Origin: Frankiaceae bacterium | GTDB lineage: Bacteria > Actinomycetota > Actinomycetes > Frankiales > Frankiaceae | Direction of reading: 5' to 3' | DNA: 64,000 nt | Assembly: GCA_036267695.1 (NCBI GenBank) | Contig: DATAVO010000047.1 | Coordinates: forward strand, 4,364 to 68,363 | Made by a program: the position numbers and the translations under genes | The notes under the pieces: generated by a model | Database searches by the model: none | What the model was told of the DNA's origin: nothing | Seen by the model: the letters and a program-made list of their open reading frames with translations, nothing else | Shown: one piece after another, positions 57,895 through 64,000 of the stretch | Position numbering within the stretch: the stretch's first letter is position 1 | Layout: each line of letters starts with the position of its first letter

Positions 57895-58140
57895 GTGAGC
57901 GAACCCGCGCCGTACGTTGTCGAGTCGGCGGAAGCTTTCGCTCCCGACGCCGTGTTCCTCGATGGTCGCGAGCAGGTGGTGCTGGCGGTCCGGATCACCC
58001 CTGTCTACGGGCAGATCGACCTCACCCTGCTGGCCCAGGTGGTCGACGCCGGCAACGAGCGCGGTTTCGCGCTCACCCGCGAGCAGCCGTTTCGCGATGA
58101 ATGGCTGATTTGCATCTTCGACACCTTCGACGAGGAGTAG
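57895..58140 (+). CDS. small acidic hypothetical protein, 81 aa
   Basis: Third codon positions are GC-rich and the composition is plausible (MSEPAPYVVESAEAFAPDAVFLDGREQVVLAVRITPVYGQIDL...). I recognise no family. Confidence 0.5.
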   Translation: MSEPAPYVVESAEAFAPDAVFLDGREQVVLAVRITPVYGQIDLTLLAQVVDAGNERGFALTREQPFRDEWLICIFDTFDEE

Positions 58141-58159
58141 CCCACCGCCGGCTGGCGCG

Positions 58160-59083
58160 TCAGTGCGCCCCGGGGCTCCGGCGCCCCAGCGAATCGAAGA
58201 TCTCCAGCGTCGCGGTCGAACGGTTCAGCGTGTAGAAGTGCAGGCCCGGCGCCCCGCCGGCGAGCAGTCGGGTGGCCAGGTCCGACGCCACCTCCACCCC
58301 GATCGCCCGCACGGCGGCGCCGTCGTCACCGGCCTCGGCCAGCCGGCTCGCGAGCTCCTCCGGGAAGATCGCACCCGACATCTCCGCCATTCGCCTGATC
58401 GACGACGTCTGGGTCACCGGCATGATCCCGGGCAGGATCGGGACGCTGCAGCCCAGCGCGGCTACGCGGTCACGCAGGCGGAAGTACGCGTCCGCCGAGA
58501 AGAAGAACTGGGTGATGGCGAAGTCAGCGCCGGCGTCGCACTTTTCGACCAGCCGCCGGGCATCAGCCTCCAGATCGCTGGCCCCCGGGTGCTTGTCCGG
58601 GAAGGCCGCGACGCCCACGCAGAAGTCGCCGAGGGAGCGCACCAGCCCGACCAATTCGTTCGCGTAGGTCAGCCCCTCCGGATGCGGCTCCCAGGGCGCT
58701 GACGGGCCACCGGGCGGATCCCCGCGAAGCGCCAAGACGTTGCGGATCCCGGCACCGGCGTAGTCACCGACCACCCGGCGAAGCTCGGAGATGCTGTGGC
58801 CCACCGCCGTCAGATGCGCGACGGGGGTGAGCGTGGTCTGCGTCGCGATGCGCTCGGTGACGCGAATCGTGCGGTCGCGGCTCGATCCTCCCGCCCCGTA
58901 GGTGACCGAGACGAACGTCGGTGCATACGGCTCGAGGTCGCGAATCGCCCGCCACAGCTGGACTTCGCCCTCATCGGTCTTGGGCGGGAAGAACTCGAAG
59001 GAGAAGGACGGCTCCCCGGTCGACAGCAGATCCCGGACCGTTTTGGTGCGAGGCGTGCGCACACCAGCCGTGCTCACCTGCAC
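58160..59083 (-). CDS. metF: methylenetetrahydrofolate reductase
   Basis: The conserved core begins at SFEFFPPKTDEGE, with SVTYGAGGS and FYTLN near the end. Start candidates are GTG 59083, 59077 and 59062. The ORF-track start at 59563 overlaps the upstream gene. Confidence 0.85.
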   Translation of the reverse strand: MQVSTAGVRTPRTKTVRDLLSTGEPSFSFEFFPPKTDEGEVQLWRAIRDLEPYAPTFVSVTYGAGGSSRDRTIRVTERIATQTTLTPVAHLTAVGHSISELRRVVGDYAGAGIRNVLALRGDPPGGPSAPWEPHPEGLTYANELVGLVRSLGDFCVGVAAFPDKHPGASDLEADARRLVEKCDAGADFAITQFFFSADAYFRLRDRVAALGCSVPILPGIMPVTQTSSIRRMAEMSGAIFPEELASRLAEAGDDGAAVRAIGVEVASDLATRLLAGGAPGLHFYTLNRSTATLEIFDSLGRRSPGAH

Positions 59084-59130
59084 CAACCCCGTCCCGGACG
59101 CTCGGCGGTCTTCCGCTCTGACTAGCGAGA

Positions 59131-59874
59131 TTAGCTGCCGGTGGCTGGCTCGGGTGGCCCATCGCCGCGCACGCTGAGCGGCGCCGTCGCGGCAAGGATG
59201 CGCGTATCGGCCGCGCTCACCCTGATGTGCCGTCCGGCCGATGCGTTTTGCTGCACCTCGATCTGCGCCCCCGGCGGCGCGGTGACGGCATAGGGACCGC
59301 CGGGAAGCGCGAGCACGCAGGCGGGTGCGCTGACCTCGACCCGCTCCGGCGGTGCGGCGAAATGCAGGTTCGCCTGGGCCGCCTGCACATCCAACGTCCG
59401 GCAGACGAGTTCGCGGCAGGAGACCCGTCCGTGCGGGCTGCGAAGCGTCAGCTCGCCGCCTGCGCCCCACGACGTGATCTCGCCGCGGCGGAGCAGAACG
59501 GTGACGTCCAGCCCGTCGGGAAGGTCGATCCGCAGCCGCGCGCGGCGCGCCCGAAGCTGGCATCCCGTGGCGTCAGAGCGGAGCCGAAACCCTTGTGGCC
59601 GCAGGGCATTTGGCCATCGAGCGGGAAGTCGCGCGGGCACCGTCCAGCGCACCCGCACCTGCTGGCCCGGCTTGTGCCCGAGCTCTACCCGGCCGTGCCC
59701 CACCGTGATCTGGATCCGTCCGCCCGCCACCGAGGCGCGGTCGATCCGCTCCACGCCATCGCGCCGCCCGCCGGCGAGGCTCACGTCGACTCTCCCATCC
59801 GCCCTGTCAATGGCCGTGTTCGTGGGCACGTCCACCGCGCTGTCCACGGCACCGGTATGCCTCCACACGTGCAT
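59131..59874 (-). CDS. hypothetical beta-strand-repeat protein (possibly DUF4097-like)
   Basis: Third codon positions are GC-rich. There are repeated D/G-x-V-x-V strand-like segments (GRVDVSLAGG, GRIQITVGHGRVEL, GLDVTVLLRRGEITSWG, GELTLRSPHGRVSC). The start could be ATG 59874 or 59979. Confidence 0.5.
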   Translation of the reverse strand: MHVWRHTGAVDSAVDVPTNTAIDRADGRVDVSLAGGRRDGVERIDRASVAGGRIQITVGHGRVELGHKPGQQVRVRWTVPARLPARWPNALRPQGFRLRSDATGCQLRARRARLRIDLPDGLDVTVLLRRGEITSWGAGGELTLRSPHGRVSCRELVCRTLDVQAAQANLHFAAPPERVEVSAPACVLALPGGPYAVTAPPGAQIEVQQNASAGRHIRVSAADTRILAATAPLSVRGDGPPEPATGS

Positions 59875-59892
59875 CTCGCTACCGTCCACATC

Positions 59893-61011
59893 ATGCCGAC
59901 CGGGATGCCTGCCGCTGACGCCGCAGCCAAGCCCCGTGACCCGGCGCGCCTGACTGAGCTGGGAGTGCGGGTGAATCACGCGCTCGAAAGCTTTCTCGAT
60001 CGCGCGGGGCCGGTAGTGACCCGGATCGGCCCCGAACTGGAGCCCGTCACCGCTGCCACCCGGGAGTTCGTACTCGCCGGCGGCAAGCGGCTGCGGCCGG
60101 CCTTCTGCTACTGGGGCTGGCGCGGCGCCGGCGCGGCAGACAGCGATGGCGTCCTGCAGGCGGCAGCGTCACTGGAATTGCTGCACGCCTGCGCGCTCAT
60201 CCACGACGACGTCATGGACGCCTCAGACACCCGCCGGGACCGGCCGTCCACCCACCGGCAGTTCGCCGACCTGCACCTCAAAGGCGGGTGGAGAGGCGAT
60301 CCAGAATCGTTCGGGGCGAGTGCCGCGATCCTGCTCGGCGACCTGTGCCTGGTCTGGGCGGACCAGATGTTCGGCGAGTGCGGCCTGGATCCAGCCGCCA
60401 TCGACCGGGCCCGCGGGATCTACGCGGAAATGCGTGTCGAGCTGATGGCCGGGCAATACCTCGACGTCCTGGCGTCAGTGTTACGCGAGCCCGATAGCGC
60501 AGCAGGTATCGAACGGGCCCTGCGCGTGGCCCGGTACAAGAGCGCCAAGTACACGATCGAACGCCCGCTCCAACTCGGCGGCGCGCTGGCCGGTGCACCC
60601 GCCGGACTGCTGACGGCCTACTCCGCCTATGGGCTTCCGCTGGGTGAGGCGTTTCAGTTGCGCGACGACATCCTCGGCGTCTTCGGCGATCCCGCCCTCA
60701 CCGGCAAGCCCGCCGGCGACGACCTGCGGGAGGGCAAGCGCACCGCCCTCGTGACGCTCGCCGAGCAGCGGGCCGAACCTGCTGCTGCGGCCCAGCTCAG
60801 CGCGCTTTTGGGCGATCCCGACCTCGACGCTGCCGGCGTCGCGACCTGCCGCCAGGTGATCAGCGAATGTGGCGCCCTTGCCGAAGTGGAGGAGTTAATC
60901 GTCCGCCGCGGGGCACAGGCACGTGAAGCGTTGGACGCACCCACCCTTGACCATGCGGCGCGTCGCTCCCTCGAAGCCCTGGCCGCAGCGGTCACCGACC
61001 GCATCGGGTGA
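59893..61011 (+). CDS. idsA: polyprenyl (geranylgeranyl) diphosphate synthase
   Basis: Contains GGKRLRPAFCYWGW, the first Asp-rich motif LIHDDVMDASDTRR and the second FQLRDDILG. The start is uncertain (ATG 59893, ATG 59905, or a GTG further downstream). The ORF-track start at 59227 is antisense to the neighbouring gene. Confidence 0.85.
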   Translation: MPTGMPAADAAAKPRDPARLTELGVRVNHALESFLDRAGPVVTRIGPELEPVTAATREFVLAGGKRLRPAFCYWGWRGAGAADSDGVLQAAASLELLHACALIHDDVMDASDTRRDRPSTHRQFADLHLKGGWRGDPESFGASAAILLGDLCLVWADQMFGECGLDPAAIDRARGIYAEMRVELMAGQYLDVLASVLREPDSAAGIERALRVARYKSAKYTIERPLQLGGALAGAPAGLLTAYSAYGLPLGEAFQLRDDILGVFGDPALTGKPAGDDLREGKRTALVTLAEQRAEPAAAAQLSALLGDPDLDAAGVATCRQVISECGALAEVEELIVRRGAQAREALDAPTLDHAARRSLEALAAAVTDRIG

Positions 61012-61068
61012 GCATTCCGTTCAGCACGCGGCGTTATAGCGGGTAACGGAGCGCGTCCGGCCATTAGT

Positions 61069-62430
61069 GTGACGGAGTCGGGGGTGAGCATGATCGGGTT
61101 GGAAACCCGCTTAGGGAGCGGGCGAAACGCTGGCACGGCACCCGACGCGCTCGCACCCCTACTGCTCGTCGAGGACGACGAAGGCGACGCGTTCCTCGTC
61201 ACGGAATTGCTGCTCGAAGCCGGTATCGACTGGCCGGTCGAGTGGGTGCGCAACCTGTCTGAAGCAGCTACGGCCCTCGCGTCGGGAGTGCGCTGCGTGC
61301 TACTCGATCTCGGCCTGCCCGATGCCGATGACCGGCCCGACGGCCTGGGCGCACTCCACGATCTGCTCGAAATCGCTCCCCTGACGCCGGTGCTGGTGCT
61401 CACCGGGCTCGACGACGAGGCCCGCGGTGCGGCCGCGGTTTTCGCCGGCGCGCAGGACTACCTGGTCAAGGGCCAGGTCGACGGCAATAGCCTGGCCCGC
61501 GCTGTGCTCTACGCCGTCGAGCGTCGCCGCGCCGAGGAGGCCAGCCGCCAGCTCATGGAAGCCCGGCTGCTGCAGGGCGAGAACGACCGGCTGACCCGCG
61601 GCCTGCTCCCCCAGCCCCAGCTGCGCTCCCCCGATCTCTTCGTGCATTCGCGGTACACACCGGGCGAACGGCGGCTGGTGCTCGGCGGTGACTTCTACGA
61701 CGTGGTCGAGGGCGCCGATGGCCGCCTGCACCTGCTCGTCGGCGACGTCAGCGGCCACGGTCCCGACGAAGCGGCACTCGGGGTCCACCTGCGGGTGGCC
61801 TGGCGCACTCTGGTGCTGGCCGAAGTGCCCTCTGCCGACGTGCTCCCGATCCTCGAGGACATCCTGGTCCGTGAGCGGCGCTCCGACGAGATCTTCGCGA
61901 CCGTGTGCCAGCTGGTGATCAGCGCCGATCGGGCCCGCGGGGCCCTCTGGCTCGCCGGCCATCCGGTGCCGATCCTGCTCGAGCCGCATTGCCGTCCGCT
62001 GGCCGATGAGGCCGATGGTGGGGGCACCGTCGAGATCGCAGGTCCGCCACTGGGCGCCGTCCCGGGACTGTCATGGGATCGCGTCGAGGTGGCCCTGCCG
62101 GTGCCCTGGGCGCTCGCGTTGCATTCGGACGGGCTGTTCGAGGGCTTCGCGGACGCGCAGCCCGCGCCTGACGCCGCCGATGCTGGTGCGCCAGTCGATG
62201 CCCCAATTGAGGCCCCCATTGATGACCCGGTCGGTGGCGCCGCCGAAGGGCGCCCGCGGTTGGGGCTTTCCGGACTGCTCGACATCCTGATCACGGCGCA
62301 GCAGCGCGATCTCGACGACAGCACACTGCTCGACACCGTCATCACTGAGGCCGAGCGCCGTAACGGCGGCCCCATGGCGGACGATCTGGCGCTGCTCATG
62401 GTTCGGCACGATCCCCGGTCAGGCGCGTGA
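61069..62430 (+). CDS. response-regulator receiver domain fused to a PP2C/SpoIIE-type phosphatase
   Basis: The REC domain reads LLLVEDDEGDAFLV...VLLDLGLPD...VLVLTG...YLVKG. The PP2C-like part reads LGGDFYDVVEG...LLVGDVSGHGPDEAALG...LHSDGL...DDLALLMV. Confidence 0.8.
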   Translation: MTESGVSMIGLETRLGSGRNAGTAPDALAPLLLVEDDEGDAFLVTELLLEAGIDWPVEWVRNLSEAATALASGVRCVLLDLGLPDADDRPDGLGALHDLLEIAPLTPVLVLTGLDDEARGAAAVFAGAQDYLVKGQVDGNSLARAVLYAVERRRAEEASRQLMEARLLQGENDRLTRGLLPQPQLRSPDLFVHSRYTPGERRLVLGGDFYDVVEGADGRLHLLVGDVSGHGPDEAALGVHLRVAWRTLVLAEVPSADVLPILEDILVRERRSDEIFATVCQLVISADRARGALWLAGHPVPILLEPHCRPLADEADGGGTVEIAGPPLGAVPGLSWDRVEVALPVPWALALHSDGLFEGFADAQPAPDAADAGAPVDAPIEAPIDDPVGGAAEGRPRLGLSGLLDILITAQQRDLDDSTLLDTVITEAERRNGGPMADDLALLMVRHDPRSGA

Positions 62431-64000
62431 GCAGGACGCAGACTCCGGGCGGCGGGCTGGCCTCCGGATGGAGCCTGCGGCGGCGCCTCTCGCTGACCTT
62501 CGTGGTGCTCGGCGTCCTCGTCGCCACGGGCACGCTCCTCGCTGCGCTCTCGCTGGCCCGGCTCAATTCGGCACAGCATCGCCAGGTCGATCGGCTGGAC
62601 CCGGCCAGCCAGGTCAACGACGACCTGTTCATCTCGCTGCTGAACCAGGAAACCGCCCTGCGCGGCTTCGCCCTGACACACCAGGAGGAGTTCCTGGCTC
62701 CGTACGAGGAGGGACGCGACAGGACCGATGTGGACCTGCGGCGCCTCCATACTTTGCTGGTCCGTGAGCCGGCCATCATGGCGCACCTGAATGCCCTTGA
62801 AGGCAAGGCGCGGGCGTGGCAGCAGGACTACACGGCGCCGGCACTCGCCGTGATCCGCTCGACCGCTCCCGGCGCGATCCCGCCGGTGCAGTTCAACCGC
62901 GGCAAGACGATGTTCGACGCGATCCGGGCCGAATACGACCGGCTGAACCTGACCATCGGCGACGCCCGCCGGCACGCCCGCGATCAGCTCCGCGACTCGA
63001 CCCAGCTGCTCGTCGGCCTGGTCATCGGCGCCGCCTTGCTGGCATTGCTGATCAGCCTGACGCTCTTCCGGTCGCTGCGCAGGTGGGTCACCACGCCGCT
63101 GTCGGCACTGCGTCGGGAGGTCCGCGCGGTCGCGGCCGGCGAGCTCGAGCACCCGGTCGTCGTCGGCGGGCCGCCGGACATCGTCGAGCTCGGCACAGAC
63201 GCCGAGCTCATGCGCCGGCGGATGCTCCAGGAGTACTTCTCGGCCGTCCAAGCCCGCGGCGAGGCGCAGGCCGCCGCCGACCAGGTCGCGTTCCAGGCTC
63301 AGGAGCTTCGGCGCTCCAACGCCGAGCTCGAGCAGTTCGCTTACATCGCCTCCCACGACCTGCAAGAGCCACTCCGCAAGGTGGCGAGCTTCTGCCAGAT
63401 GCTCGACCGCCGCTACTCCGGGCAGCTCGATGAGCGGGCCGACCAGTACATCGCGTTCGCCGTCGATGGCGCCAAGCGAATGCAGAACCTGATCAACGAT
63501 CTGCTGGCCTTCAGCCGGGTCGGACGCACGACGGCGGGATTTCGCCCGGTGGATCTGCAGGCCTGCGTCGAGATGGCCGAAGGCGACCTCGAAACGCTGC
63601 TCGCCGAGGCCGAAGCGGTCGTGGAGGCCGGTGAGCTGCCCGAGACCCCCGGTGACCTGAGCCTGCTACGGCAGCTGTTCATCAACCTGATCGGCAACGC
63701 TGTGAAGTTCCGGGGGGACGACCCTCCGCGGATCCGCATCACGGCCGAACGGGCTGACGAAGACTTCTGGGGCATCACTGTCGCCGACAACGGGATCGGC
63801 ATCGATCCCCGTTACAACGACAAGGTGTTCGCCATCTTCGCCCGGCTGCACCCCCGCGAGCAGTACGAGGGCACCGGGATCGGTCTCGCGCTCTGCCGCA
63901 AGATCGTCGAGTTCCACGGCGGGACGATCGGCGTTGTCACCGACCCGCTTGCGGGTACCTCTCTTGGTGGAGCCACGTTGCGCTTCACACTTCCCACTGG
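62427..64000 (+). CDS. CHASE3-HAMP sensor histidine kinase (C-terminus cut by the window end)
   Basis: Not in the ORF track because it has no stop in the window. The GTG at 62427 overlaps the upstream stop (GTGA). My translation gives a TM segment and a CHASE3-like region (LLNQETALRGFALTHQEEFLAPYEEGR). It also gives a second TM segment with HAMP, the H-box FAYIASHDLQEPLRK, the N-box LIGNAVKF, and DNGIGI and GTGIGLALC. Confidence 0.85.
   Translation, partial: MSRTQTPGGGLASGWSLRRRLSLTFVVLGVLVATGTLLAALSLARLNSAQHRQVDRLDPASQVNDDLFISLLNQETALRGFALTHQEEFLAPYEEGRDRTDVDLRRLHTLLVREPAIMAHLNALEGKARAWQQDYTAPALAVIRSTAPGAIPPVQFNRGKTMFDAIRAEYDRLNLTIGDARRHARDQLRDSTQLLVGLVIGAALLALLISLTLFRSLRRWVTTPLSALRREVRAVAAGELEHPVVVGGPPDIVELGTDAELMRRRMLQEYFSAVQARGEAQAAADQVAFQAQELRRSNAELEQFAYIASHDLQEPLRKVASFCQMLDRRYSGQLDERADQYIAFAVDGAKRMQNLINDLLAFSRVGRTTAGFRPVDLQACVEMAEGDLETLLAEAEAVVEAGELPETPGDLSLLRQLFINLIGNAVKFRGDDPPRIRITAERADEDFWGITVADNGIGIDPRYNDKVFAIFARLHPREQYEGTGIGLALCRKIVEFHGGTIGVVTDPLAGTSLGGATLRFTLPT

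Overview
This is a very GC-rich, gene-dense chromosomal segment that looks like an Actinomycetota core region (GC judged by eye, not computed). In order it holds: partial dnaE1, guaB1, a serpin, a yccF/GNAT/rluD operon, an agmatinase, lspA, and ileS with a T-box leader. The minus-strand division/cell-wall (dcw) block follows: divIVA-yggT-sepF-yggS-pgeF-ftsZ-murC-murG-ftsW-mraY-murF-murE-ftsI-ftsL-rsmH-mraZ. After it come a PH-domain gene pair, MoxR-DUF58-transglutaminase, DUF3040, a dnaE2/dinB cluster, sulfur-assimilation genes (sirA, a small zinc-ribbon gene, cysH, a chelatase), a carotenoid-type tailoring operon, metF, a polyprenyl synthase, and a REC-PP2C / CHASE3 histidine kinase pair cut by the window end. 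I saw no rRNA, tRNA, CRISPR array, transposase or integrase. Many ORF-track entries are antisense or N-terminally over-extended high-GC artefacts. I re-set starts where a stop/start overlap (ATGA, GTGA, TGATG) or a conserved N-terminus supports it. Four observations stand out. (1) A perfect LexA box sits upstream of a tightly packed DUF6504-like / HEPN-like / DnaE2 / methyltransferase / DinB operon with no imuA'/imuB-like gene, which may be a non-canonical SOS mutagenesis module. (2) The otherwise canonical dcw cluster lacks murD and ftsQ at their expected positions, and the murD slot holds a spacer with an 18-bp perfect inverted repeat. (3) A translationally coupled CrtA-like/GNAT/CrtI-like/CruF-like/GT2/CrtD-like operon converges on an SRPBCC-like plus variant CDP-alcohol phosphatidyltransferase pair. 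(4) There are several low-GC palindromes, two tandem repeats and a probable 5' frameshift in the agmatinase gene. All family assignments come from reading motifs by eye; no database search was run.
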